Positions 35,782-44,828 of a DNA stretch of 64,000 bases are shown here, one piece after another; the stretch's first letter is position 1; every line of letters starts with the position of its first letter. The DNA comes from a bacterium (lineage in GTDB: Bacteria > Patescibacteriota > Minisyncoccia > UBA6257 > JAGOQP01). The DNA lies in NCBI GenBank assembly GCA_021812345.1, contig JAKANP010000001.1:54979-118978 (forward strand). Reading direction: 5' to 3'. The notes below the pieces were generated by a model. The model was not told the origin of the DNA, did not search any database, and saw only the letters and a program-made list of their open reading frames with translations. Position numbers and translations under genes: made by a program.

Positions 35782-37302
35782 ATGATAACTCTTATCAAAA
35801 ATGTAATTATCGTTGATGGCAGTGGCAAGCCTCCGATAAAAGGGGATGTTTTAGTAAGAGAAGAAAAAATTTTAGCCATAGGAAGTTTTCCTCAATATAA
35901 AGCGGATAAAGTTATTTTAGGAAATGAAGGATATTTGTTTCCCGGTTTCATAGACCCGAATGTGAGTTCCGACAGATATCTTACGATGTTTTTATCTCCG
36001 CTTCACAAAGATTTTCTGCTTCAAGGAGTGACCAGCGCCGTTATCGGTCAATGCGGTTTTTCACTTGCTCCGTCTTTTTACGGAAAAAATTTGGAACATA
36101 TAGAAAGTTGGGCTAAATCAAGTCATATAAATATAAATTGGAAAAGCGTCGCCGAGTTTTTGAAAGTTATCGAAAATTACGGGATGGGAATAAATATCGG
36201 AACTCTTGTCGGACATGAAATCATCAGAGAAGATATATTAAAAGATCCGAACGAAAAATTCAGAAACTTAAGTTCAAACGAATTGAGAGTTTTCAGATCT
36301 ATTTTGGAAAAATCGTTAAAAGAAGGAGCTTTGGGCTTATCTACCGGATTAGGTTATTATCCTTATCAAGAAACAAGTTATTACGAAATCAGAGCTCTTT
36401 TGGATGTATTAAAAGAATATAAAGGAATTTATGCCACTCATTTGAGAAATGAACGGGAAAAACTTTTTGATTCGGTGGATGAAACAATTAAAGTGAGCCA
36501 AGAGATGTCGGTAACTTCTATAATCAGTCATTTCAGACCGCTTATCGGTTTTGAGGATCAATATGAAAAATCGTTAAATGCAATTGAGGAAAAATCTTCA
36601 AAATCAAATGTTTATTTTGATATCAATCCGTTTAATTTCAGCGCCACTTCTTTAAGTGTCTTTTTGCCGGATTTTATTAAAGACAATGACAATGCTGTTG
36701 TTTTGGAAAAAATATCCAATAAAGACATACTCAAAAAACTTGCATCCAGCATGCCCAAGATTGATCCGCAAAAAATGATAATTTTAAATGCCCCATCTCT
36801 TGAGTTTCTTAACGGAAAAACTCTTTATGAGTTTGCAAAAAATCGGGAGCTTGGGTCTTCTCAAGCATTGATTAAGTTGATGGAAATAACAAAACTCAAT
36901 GGCGTAGTACTTTATGAAAATCTTAATCAGCAGGAAGTTTCAAAAGCGATTTTCAGTTCGCGTTCGCTGATTTCAACCAATAGTCCGAACTTTGATAATG
37001 TTTTTGGAACATTCAAACCGGAGAGGGCTTATAAAACATTCACGACGTATTTGAAAGAATCGGATAAAAATAAAATCTCTATTGAAAAATCGGTTGCTAA
37101 AATAACCGGTCTTCCGGCATCTATTTTTAATTTGGATGGAAGGGGATTTGTAAGCGCCGGATATTTTGCCGACTTATCTTTATTTACAAAAGATTTTGAC
37201 GCTTCCTTGGTTATGGTTAATGGAAAAATTATGGTTGAAGACGGAAATATTGTTGTTTCGGGTCAAAAGGGAAACGGAAAGATTTTGAGAAAAAATAAAT
37301 AA
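35782..37302 (+). CDS. amidohydrolase-superfamily protein (D-aminoacylase/dihydroorotase-like) lacking the N-terminal HxH metal ligands, at the dcw position normally held by murD
   Basis: IKNVIIVDGSG...GDVLVREEKILAIGS...GYLFPGFIDPNVSSD has amidohydrolase architecture. The canonical GFID.H.H motif is replaced by PNV. No Mur-ligase P-loop is present. Confidence 0.6.
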   Translation: MITLIKNVIIVDGSGKPPIKGDVLVREEKILAIGSFPQYKADKVILGNEGYLFPGFIDPNVSSDRYLTMFLSPLHKDFLLQGVTSAVIGQCGFSLAPSFYGKNLEHIESWAKSSHININWKSVAEFLKVIENYGMGINIGTLVGHEIIREDILKDPNEKFRNLSSNELRVFRSILEKSLKEGALGLSTGLGYYPYQETSYYEIRALLDVLKEYKGIYATHLRNEREKLFDSVDETIKVSQEMSVTSIISHFRPLIGFEDQYEKSLNAIEEKSSKSNVYFDINPFNFSATSLSVFLPDFIKDNDNAVVLEKISNKDILKKLASSMPKIDPQKMIILNAPSLEFLNGKTLYEFAKNRELGSSQALIKLMEITKLNGVVLYENLNQQEVSKAIFSSRSLISTNSPNFDNVFGTFKPERAYKTFTTYLKESDKNKISIEKSVAKITGLPASIFNLDGRGFVSAGYFADLSLFTKDFDASLVMVNGKIMVEDGNIVVSGQKGNGKILRKNK

Positions 37303-37304
37303 AA

Positions 37305-38471
37305 ATGGCCAAAGGATTTTTTTCGATAAAATCGGAGCACAAACCGAATTATATTTTTTTACTTGTCTCGCTTTTTTTGTTGCTTGCGGGTTTTATAGCC
37401 TTGGCTTCCGCGTCTTCCGACATCGGGAAGATTCGTTTTAATAACACTTACTATTATTTGTTTGAACAGCTTATAAAAGGACTTATTCCCGGGCTTGTCG
37501 GATTTTTTGCCGGATATCTTATTTATTACAGAAAAATAAAAAAAGCTTCTTTATATTTATTTTTAATCAATTTGGTTTTATTGGTATTGGTTTTTGTTCC
37601 TAAAATAGGAATCAATGCCAATGGATCAAGACGATGGATTGGTTTTGGCTCGTTTTCTTTTCAACCGTCGGAACTTTTAAAAATAACTTATATTCTTTAT
37701 ATTGCTTCTTTATTTTCCGGGCAAAGAATTAAAAAATTGAGCAATTCTTCCGGTGGATGGAAAAATTATGGAATATTTTTTGCTGTTTCGGCTATCGTGG
37801 GGGCATTAATATTTTTTGAACCGGCAACAACAATGGCTTTAGTTCTGCTCGTTTCCGGAATGGTGGTTTATTTTTTAAGCGGAAAATCTTTAAAGCAAAT
37901 TGTATCCCAAATAATTTTATCCGGAGCGGTAGCTATTTTGGCAATTATTGCTTTGTCGATAATAACTCCATACAGAATGGCAAGAATAGTTCCATTTTGG
38001 AACGATATTGCTCAAAAATTTTTTCCTTCGGCAGTTGTTAAAACGGAAAACACGGACACTTATCATTTAAATCAGGCCTTGATGGCAATAGGCACCGGAG
38101 GTGTTAGCGGAGTCGGCTTTGGCAATTCAACCAGTAAGTACAGTATTCTTCCCGAACCGATGGGGGATTCAATTTTTGCCGTCATTGCCGAAGAGTTTGG
38201 ATTTGCCGGTTCTTTGGTTCTAATTTTTGCTTATTTTTTGTTATTTTGGCAATCGATAAGAATCGCCCAAAAAAGCAACGACGATTTTGCGCGTCTTACC
38301 GTTGTCGGGTTTGCCTCTATTTTAGCGATGCAAACTATAATTCACATAGGAGCCAATACGGGGCTATTGCCGTATACCGGAGTGCCGTTGCCGTTTATCA
38401 GTTATGGAGGAACATCTTTAGCAATAACTCTTACAATGACCGGAATAATCGCAAATATTTCAAAATACTAA
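37305..38471 (+). CDS. ftsW: SEDS-family peptidoglycan glycosyltransferase FtsW/RodA
   Basis: 10-TM SEDS protein with the conserved C-terminal ...PLPFISYGG motif. Located between mraY-side genes and murG. Confidence 0.85.
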   Translation: MAKGFFSIKSEHKPNYIFLLVSLFLLLAGFIALASASSDIGKIRFNNTYYYLFEQLIKGLIPGLVGFFAGYLIYYRKIKKASLYLFLINLVLLVLVFVPKIGINANGSRRWIGFGSFSFQPSELLKITYILYIASLFSGQRIKKLSNSSGGWKNYGIFFAVSAIVGALIFFEPATTMALVLLVSGMVVYFLSGKSLKQIVSQIILSGAVAILAIIALSIITPYRMARIVPFWNDIAQKFFPSAVVKTENTDTYHLNQALMAIGTGGVSGVGFGNSTSKYSILPEPMGDSIFAVIAEEFGFAGSLVLIFAYFLLFWQSIRIAQKSNDDFARLTVVGFASILAMQTIIHIGANTGLLPYTGVPLPFISYGGTSLAITLTMTGIIANISKY

Positions 38472-38503
38472 ATTTTTTATCGTTTTTTTGTTATTATTAA
38501 AAT

Positions 38504-39655
38504 ATGAGAAAAGAATTAAGAATTGGTTTTACCGGAGGCGGGACAGGAGGTCATATTTATCCTTTATTGGCAGTCGCCGACTTGGTTGGAGAAAAGCTCA
38601 ATCATTCGCAGATTGAATTTAAATTTTATTATTTCGGTTCTCCCGGACAATATGCTCAAGAATTTTTAAAGAGAAATTTTAAGATAATAAACATTATCTC
38701 TTCAAAAATCAGAAGATACGCTTCTGCGGAAAATATTTTGGATGTTATAAAATTTCCTTTTTCTTTGGCGCAAGCATTTTTTAAGATGCTTTTTATCATG
38801 CCGGACGTGATATTTTCCAAAGGAGGCACCGGCGCGGTGCCGGTTGTTATTGCCGCTTGGTTTTATAGAATTCCGGTTTTTATTCACGAATCGGATTCCA
38901 TACCCGGCCTTTCAAATAAAATATCATTTTCATTTTCGAAAGCGGTTGCTGTTTCTTTTAAAAAAACATTGGATTTTTTCTCGGGAGAAAAGGTCAATCT
39001 GGTCGGAAATCCTGTGAGAAGTTTTTTAATTGAGCCGAGTCCGGATTTGAACGGAGAAAAGGCAAAAAAAATATTCGGTTTTGATTCTCAGTTGCCGTTG
39101 ATATTGGTTTTAGGAGGTTCCCAGGGGTCTCAAAGAATCAATGAGTTTATGTTGGATAATGTAAAAAAATTTGTAGAAAAGTATCAGGTGCTTCATCAGG
39201 TCGGTTCCGAAAATTTCAACGATTTTAAAAGTGAATTGGCGGTGGCGACAGAAAGTTTCATTCCCGAAGAAAGAACAAGATATAAAATAGTTGGATTTCT
39301 AAATAATGAAATAAAAGAAGCGATGATAGCTTGTGATCTTGTTGTTTCAAGAGCTGGGAGCGGGGCAATTTTTGAAATCTCGGCTTTTAAAAAACCGTCT
39401 ATTTTAATTCCTTTGGCCGAATCGGCCGGAAATCATCAATTTTATAACGCTTACGAATATGCCCAGAACGGAGCGGCGATAGTCATTGAAGAAGATAATT
39501 TAAAATCGGATATCTTCTTTTCTCAATTGCGGTTGGTTTTGGAAAATAAAACAAAATACAATCTTATGAGTGAAGCTTCCGGTAAATTTTTTAATCCTCA
39601 ATCAGCGGAAATTATAGCTGACGAATTAATAAAGTTAGCTGAAAAAAATAATTAA
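38504..39655 (+). CDS. murG: undecaprenyldiphospho-muramoylpentapeptide beta-N-acetylglucosaminyltransferase
   Basis: GGGTGGHIYP G-loop. GT-B architecture. dcw context. Confidence 0.88.
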   Translation: MRKELRIGFTGGGTGGHIYPLLAVADLVGEKLNHSQIEFKFYYFGSPGQYAQEFLKRNFKIINIISSKIRRYASAENILDVIKFPFSLAQAFFKMLFIMPDVIFSKGGTGAVPVVIAAWFYRIPVFIHESDSIPGLSNKISFSFSKAVAVSFKKTLDFFSGEKVNLVGNPVRSFLIEPSPDLNGEKAKKIFGFDSQLPLILVLGGSQGSQRINEFMLDNVKKFVEKYQVLHQVGSENFNDFKSELAVATESFIPEERTRYKIVGFLNNEIKEAMIACDLVVSRAGSGAIFEISAFKKPSILIPLAESAGNHQFYNAYEYAQNGAAIVIEEDNLKSDIFFSQLRLVLENKTKYNLMSEASGKFFNPQSAEIIADELIKLAEKNN

Positions 39656-39740
39656 CTACGAAATACAAATTAACTACCCTTCGACTTCGCTCAGGGCGAG
39701 TTCCTTCCTTCGCTAAAGCTACGGAGGGCGCGCAAGTTTG

Positions 39741-39966
39741 TCATTCCAGCGGAGGCTGGAATCCAGGAAGCGTGGATCCTGAATCAAGTTCAGGATGACA
39801 AACTCTCTCGTCATTCCAGCGTATGCTGGAATCCAGGAAGCGTGGATCCTGAATCAAGTTCAGGATGACAAACTCTCTCGTCATTCCAGCGGAGGCTGGA
39901 ATCCAGAAAAGATGGATCCTGAAATAAATTCAGGATGACAAACCCTCTCGTCATTCCAGCGAAAGC
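39741..39966. repeat. Tandem array of a 70-bp unit (3 full copies plus a partial fourth), each unit containing two 8-bp hairpins
   Basis: Units at 39741-39810, 39811-39880 (67/70 identical), 39881-39950 (more diverged) and a partial copy from 39951. Each unit has attccagc-NNNN-gctggaat and atcctgaa-tcaagt-ttcaggat stems. There are no unique spacers and no ORF. Confidence 0.85.
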
Positions 39967-40046
39967 TACTCGTTCGAATCAGAGCGGAGGATGGATTCCA
40001 AGCCCATCCTTAATGCCATCTTGATTTGCGTAATAAATTCCAATGT

Positions 40047-40083
40047 GCGCTGTTATGCTATAGCATAACAGTCGTGTTTTTAT
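40047..40083 (+). terminator. Perfect 22-nt palindrome (ctgttatgctatagcataacag) followed by a T-run. Possible terminator for the dcw operon
   Basis: 11-bp perfect stem with no loop mismatch, then gtcgtgTTTTTaTT. Confidence 0.35.
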
Positions 40084-40097
40084 TAGAATCAAAAGTT

Positions 40098-40178
40098 GTT
40101 AAGTATCTCACGCCGCGCCCCGTAGCAAATTCACTTTGCTATTTGGGGATCGTGAGATACTTAACGGAAGTGTTTTTT
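40098..40178. repeat. Long inverted repeat with 15-bp arms (gttaagtatctcacg ... cgtgagatacttaac) enclosing a nested hairpin, followed by T6
   Basis: Arms at 40098-40112 and 40151-40165. The internal tagcaaa ttcac tttgcta hairpin lies between them. T-run at 40173-40178. Confidence 0.6.
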
Positions 40179-40224
40179 GGGGATTGTTATTTGTAATTTG
40201 TTATTTGGGATTTATACTTTAAGC

Positions 40225-40322
40225 GTGAGGGTCGCCAAGACGGGAAGGCGCAAGACCTCGCAAGGCCTTCATCGCCGGTTCAAATCCCTACCTGCCGACA
40301 GGCAGGCGGGCCCCTCACTCCA
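40225..40322 (+). ncRNA. tRNA-like cloverleaf element of uncertain identity (possible degenerate/pseudo tRNA or novel RNA)
   Basis: 5' GUGAGGG pairs with 3' CCCUCAC followed by U-CCA. U8, A14, G18G19 and A21 are in place with a GCC/GGC D-stem. A GGUUCAAAUCC T-loop-like motif is present but has no complementary stem. A 9-bp interrupted hairpin with a GACA loop precedes the acceptor 3' strand. It does not fold as a canonical tRNA. Confidence 0.2.
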
Positions 40323-40415
40323 ACAGCACTTTTAGCTTAAGGCTCGGCATAAAGAGCCTATTTTTTATAGAAAAACATCCTTTTAAAACAACTTTTTTTG
40401 TGTTAGAGTTGTTTT

Positions 40416-41861
40416 ATGACAGAATCAGTTCCAATAAGGGTAAGAATCGCTCCATCACCGACGGGATATCTTCACTTAGGCACCATTAGGGCCGCTTTGT
40501 TTAACTATCTTTTTGCCAAAAAAGAAAACGGAAAGTTTATTATAAGAATTGAAGATACGGACACTGAACGTTCCCTGCCTATTTATGAAAGAGATATTCT
40601 TGACGGTTTAAAAAATCTTGAAATAAATTGGGACGAAGGTCCGGACGTGGGAGGAGATTACGGACCGTACAGGCAAAGCGAAAGGATGGAAATTTATAAA
40701 AAATATATAAAAGAATTACTTGATTCAAAAAAAGCATATAAATGTTTTTGCTCCAAAGAAGAATTAGAAGAAGAAAGAAAAGCAATGTTATCGGCCGGAA
40801 TCTTTCCAAAATATAGTGGAAAATGCAGAAATCTGACCGAAGAAGATGTAAAAAGTAAGGAGAAAGACGGGAAAGAAAGCGTAATCAGATTAAATGTTCC
40901 GTCAAATATTGAAATAGAATTTAGTGACATTATCCGTGGAAAAATTTCCGTAAACAGTGATACTATCGGCGATATTGTTATTGCCAGAAACGAACGTTCG
41001 CCATTGTATAATTTGGCGGTTGTTATTGACGATCATTTAATGAAAATTTCTCACGTTATAAGAGGTGAGGATCATATTTCAAACACGCCAAAACAAATTT
41101 TGATTCAAAAAGCGCTCGGAATTGAAATGCCGAAATACGCTCATTTGCCTTTGGTTTTGTCTCCGGACAGAAGCAAGATGTCTAAAAGAAAAATGGAGAC
41201 CTCTTTTGATGAGTATATAAAAGACGGATATCTTCCGGAAGCAATAGTTAATTTTTTGGCATTGCTCGGATGGCACCCTGAAGACGAAAAAGAAATAATG
41301 CCGCTTGAAGAATTAATTTCCAAATTCAGTTTAAAACGAGTTCAAAAAGCCGGAGGAGTTTTTAATATGGAGAAATTGGACTGGTTTAATTCTCAATACA
41401 TAAAAATATTGCCCATAGAAAAACTTGCCCAGAGAATGTCGGCGATTGTTCCATCGAGTTGGACCCTAAATTCCGACAAATTCAAAAAAGCTCTTGAAAT
41501 AGAAAGAGAAAGAATGAAAAAACTCTCCGATTTTAACAGTTCGGCAAAATTATTTTTTGAAAATATAAATTATGATAAAGATTTGTTGGTATGGAAAAAT
41601 CTTCCGCTTGATTCCGCCAAGGACAATCTTTTGAAAGCTAAAAATTTTTTGGAGAAAATGAAAGATTCTGATTTTGATAAAAAAACTCTGGAAGAAAAGT
41701 TTATGCCGCTGGCTTCTTCGTTGGGAAGAGGGGAGTTGTTGTGGCCGTTAAGAGTATCTCTTTCGGGGCAGAAAAATTCTCCCGGACCGTTTGAAATAAT
41801 GGAAGTTTTGGGAAAAAGAGAATCTCTTGAAAGAATTCAGAAAGCAATTGACCTTGCGTAA
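40416..41861 (+). CDS. gltX: glutamyl-tRNA synthetase
   Basis: RVRIAPSPTGYLHLGTIRAALFNYLFAKK (HIGH-type), IRIEDTD, KMSKRK. Confidence 0.88.
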   Translation: MTESVPIRVRIAPSPTGYLHLGTIRAALFNYLFAKKENGKFIIRIEDTDTERSLPIYERDILDGLKNLEINWDEGPDVGGDYGPYRQSERMEIYKKYIKELLDSKKAYKCFCSKEELEEERKAMLSAGIFPKYSGKCRNLTEEDVKSKEKDGKESVIRLNVPSNIEIEFSDIIRGKISVNSDTIGDIVIARNERSPLYNLAVVIDDHLMKISHVIRGEDHISNTPKQILIQKALGIEMPKYAHLPLVLSPDRSKMSKRKMETSFDEYIKDGYLPEAIVNFLALLGWHPEDEKEIMPLEELISKFSLKRVQKAGGVFNMEKLDWFNSQYIKILPIEKLAQRMSAIVPSSWTLNSDKFKKALEIERERMKKLSDFNSSAKLFFENINYDKDLLVWKNLPLDSAKDNLLKAKNFLEKMKDSDFDKKTLEEKFMPLASSLGRGELLWPLRVSLSGQKNSPGPFEIMEVLGKRESLERIQKAIDLA

Positions 41862-41872
41862 ATTAAATTATT

Positions 41873-43174
41873 ATGACTGATAAAAAGCCGATTTTTTATA
41901 TATTGACTTGCTCACTGTTTAGTTTTGTAATAATAACTTTTAGCGTTATTTTTGGTCATTTTTGGGGTGGGGTAGTAATGGCGCAAACAATCGATAAAAG
42001 CGCCTTACAGAGCCAAATTGATGCCAAAAATGGCCAATTGCAACAGATCCAACAGCAATTAAAGGATCAGCAACAGCAATTAATTAACACTCAAAATCAA
42101 AAGCAGACATTATCTTCGGAAGTTAAAAGGATTAATTCCAATATTAATCAAATAAACTTAAATATACAATCAAGCCAAATTCAAATAGAAAAACTCAATC
42201 TTCAGATGCAGGAACTTCAGGGACAAATATCGGACGCTAAAAACGATATTTCCATAAAAAGTCAGGCGGTTGAAGAATTGATGAGGCAGATACAACAATC
42301 GGACAGCGAGAATGTAATCGTCGGTTTCTTAAAAAATAAAACTCTATCCGACGGAGTAATGGAGGCCCAATCTTTGCAGGATTTGAACAATAATCTTATT
42401 GTAAGCATCCAACAATTAAACAATGCCAAACAGAATTTAAATAATATTTTAATAACCACGAATAATACCAAAAATCAAAAAGAGGTTGAAAATTCAAATT
42501 ATCAGAATCAAAAACAAATCGCCAGTGATCTAAAAAACCAAAAACAACAATTTTTAGACCAAACAAAAAATCAGGAAAAAGTTTATCAAAGTTCAATATC
42601 AAAACTTCAACAGCAACAAGTTCAAATTGCTTTAGAAATAGAAACAATAGAAAGCCAATTAAGGTCGGAGATAAATTATAAAAATCTTCCCAAGAGCATT
42701 CCCGGTCTCTTGGAAGTTCCGATTCAAAAAGGAGTTTTTGTAATGACTCAGGGATACGGTTCTACCGGCTTTGCTCAAAAAGCTTATAAAGGAAAATGGC
42801 ATAACGGCATTGATCTTGCGGCACCTATCGGGACTCCGATTATGGCAGCCGCCGACGGAGTTGTAATCAGTGTTGATAATCAGGATAGGTATTGTTATCA
42901 CGGAGCTTATGGAAAATATGTTGCCATAAAACATTACAACGGACTTACAACAATTTATGGTCACATGTCTCTTTATGTTGTTAAAGAAGGAGATAAAGTT
43001 AATCGCGGTCAAGTGATAGGATATGTCGGTCAAACCGGGTATGCCACCGGACCTCATGTTCATTTTGGAGTTTATGATTCGGCGACTTTCAAAATAGCTC
43101 CAAGCGTCTCTTGCGGTCCTAAAATGCCATTAGGAGGAGACTTGAATCCGCTTAATTATGTTTCAATTAATTAA
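41873..43174 (+). CDS. M23/LytM-family peptidase with long N-terminal coiled coil (EnvC-like murein hydrolase activator/endopeptidase)
   Basis: N-terminal TM and Q-rich coiled coil. C-terminal M23 motifs HNGIDLAAPIGTPI and HYNGLTTIYGHMS. Confidence 0.8.
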   Translation: MTDKKPIFYILTCSLFSFVIITFSVIFGHFWGGVVMAQTIDKSALQSQIDAKNGQLQQIQQQLKDQQQQLINTQNQKQTLSSEVKRINSNINQINLNIQSSQIQIEKLNLQMQELQGQISDAKNDISIKSQAVEELMRQIQQSDSENVIVGFLKNKTLSDGVMEAQSLQDLNNNLIVSIQQLNNAKQNLNNILITTNNTKNQKEVENSNYQNQKQIASDLKNQKQQFLDQTKNQEKVYQSSISKLQQQQVQIALEIETIESQLRSEINYKNLPKSIPGLLEVPIQKGVFVMTQGYGSTGFAQKAYKGKWHNGIDLAAPIGTPIMAAADGVVISVDNQDRYCYHGAYGKYVAIKHYNGLTTIYGHMSLYVVKEGDKVNRGQVIGYVGQTGYATGPHVHFGVYDSATFKIAPSVSCGPKMPLGGDLNPLNYVSIN

Positions 43175-43196
43175 AAAATGGTCTATAATTTAATTA

Positions 43197-43475
43197 ATGA
43201 ATAACAATATTGATATTAATAAATTAATTTCATCAATCCTGGCTCCGGTTATCGATTTTTTAAAACGAAATAATATTTGGGATACTTTGGTTAATATATA
43301 TCAATTGGTTTATGGTTTGGTTATCAATCTATGGTCATGGCTGGGGAACAATATTGGAACTCAAAGAATTTTGGATTTTTTAATAACTTTTACAAAATTT
43401 ATTTTGAATATATTTCTTACCTTATTTAGCGTGTTGTCTCAAATAGTAAATTGGGCATTGCACCTGCTTAAATGA
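43197..43475 (+). CDS. hypothetical small protein (92 aa), possibly membrane-associated
   Basis: Open frame with hydrophobic segments. No motif. Confidence 0.3.
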   Translation: MNNNIDINKLISSILAPVIDFLKRNNIWDTLVNIYQLVYGLVINLWSWLGNNIGTQRILDFLITFTKFILNIFLTLFSVLSQIVNWALHLLK

Positions 43476-43592
43476 TTATATTTAAATATTTCAGATATAT
43501 AGTGTCGCAAAATCTACCTTGTGCGACACATAATATAATAAAGATTTAGGCAAATAATCGCTATTCCCTAAATAAACAGGTCAAATAAAAAT

Positions 43593-43617
43593 TCCGATTA
43601 AAAAATCGGATTTTTTG
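43593..43617. terminator. Hairpin tccgatt-aaaa-aatcgga with flanking T/A runs (bidirectional terminator-like)
   Basis: 7-bp stem followed by TTTTTT on the plus strand, with an A-run upstream. Confidence 0.4.
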
Positions 43618-43880
43618 TTTACTTAATTAAATTTTGATAAAAAATTTTCTTGATATTGAAATAACAATATCGGAGATAATAACCAAAAAAATCAAAATAA
43701 TGGCAGTGAAAAAGTTTTTTGGCTGGTCCGGCTCTTTGTTTTCGTGTTTGCTCGCTTCCCCGAATTCCGTTCGTGTCATTTTTTATCCTTTCTTGAAAAA
43801 TGAACTTTAAATAATATAAAACGAATTTTATTTTTTGTCTAGTTAGATATTTTTTTATATTCTGATACAATTTTTATCAA

Positions 43881-44666
43881 ATGAATAATTATCACAATGT
43901 TGAAGAATTTAAAACTCTTGCCGGATATGACATAGACGGCACGTGGTATCCTCGGGTGACTAAAATAGTTGAAATAAAAGCCAAGCCCGCTTTATATAAA
44001 TTTTATGCCGAGCTATCCAGTTTTGAAGAAGGAGAATCCGTTAAAAAAATATCTGCCACCGAAGGAACACTCATTCATGAAACGATAGAAGGAATTTTTA
44101 TGAATAAAAATCCGGAAATAGACTCTACAATCAAGCCGGCAGTAGAAGCTTTCCAAAAATTTATTGCAACAAAAAATATTCAGGTTGATTCCGAGTTTGT
44201 TGAAAAAAGAGTTGCCAATCACGAAGAAAAATATGCAGGAACGATAGACTCGATGGCGCTTATTGACGGGAAGTTTGGAGTATTGGATATAAAAACTTCC
44301 CAGTCTATTTACCGTGATTATAATCTGCAAACTTCGGCTTACATGGCGGCGCTTGAAAAAGATTTTCCGACATTACAAACGAGGTGGATATTGAGAATAG
44401 ATCAAAATAAAATATGTAAAAAATGCGGAGCCACTTTACGTCCCAAAGGCGGAAGAGAGAAAATTCGTTTGCCATGGGACCCAAAAGACAAAAGCATAAG
44501 AGCTAGAGCTTCCGTTTGTGAACATGAATGGTCGGATTTAAGAGGAGAAATTGAACTTAAAGAATTCCCCTACTGGAAGGATGATTACAAAGCGTTCTTG
44601 GGCGCTAAAAAATTGTGGGAATGGGAAAATGAATTTTGGCTCAAGCAGGCCGGATATTTGCAATAA
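43881..44666 (+). CDS. PD-(D/E)XK superfamily nuclease (Cas4/RecB-like core) with C-terminal Cys/His zinc-ribbon-like segment
   Basis: GTIDSMALIDGKFGVLDIKTSQSIY fits the D...(hydrophobic)xDxK...Q/Y PD-(D/E)XK core. C-terminal CKKCG...CEHEW. Confidence 0.55.
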   Translation: MNNYHNVEEFKTLAGYDIDGTWYPRVTKIVEIKAKPALYKFYAELSSFEEGESVKKISATEGTLIHETIEGIFMNKNPEIDSTIKPAVEAFQKFIATKNIQVDSEFVEKRVANHEEKYAGTIDSMALIDGKFGVLDIKTSQSIYRDYNLQTSAYMAALEKDFPTLQTRWILRIDQNKICKKCGATLRPKGGREKIRLPWDPKDKSIRARASVCEHEWSDLRGEIELKEFPYWKDDYKAFLGAKKLWEWENEFWLKQAGYLQ

Positions 44667-44828
44667 TTGATTTTAATATTTTTGGATAATTATCGGAATT
44701 TTGGAAAAATCTCTTCCTGATATAAATCCCAACGCATAAGCCAGTAAAATTATCAGCAGTCCCATAATTGAAAGCAAAATATTTTTTTTATTGTTTCTAA
44801 TCCAGATTTTTAATCTTACAAACATATA

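Noticed and set aside
39741-39966. Possible CRISPR array (regular ~70-bp periodicity with palindromic cores)
   Set aside because: Units are contiguous and homologous along their whole length with no unique spacers, and there are no cas genes nearby. It is a tandem repeat, not a CRISPR array.
43619-43870. 83-aa minus-strand ORF from the track
   Set aside because: It has an odd Y/F/K-rich composition. An alternative 50-aa frame with a clean TM helix fits the locally GC-rich stretch better. It is reported as an ambiguous small-ORF region instead.
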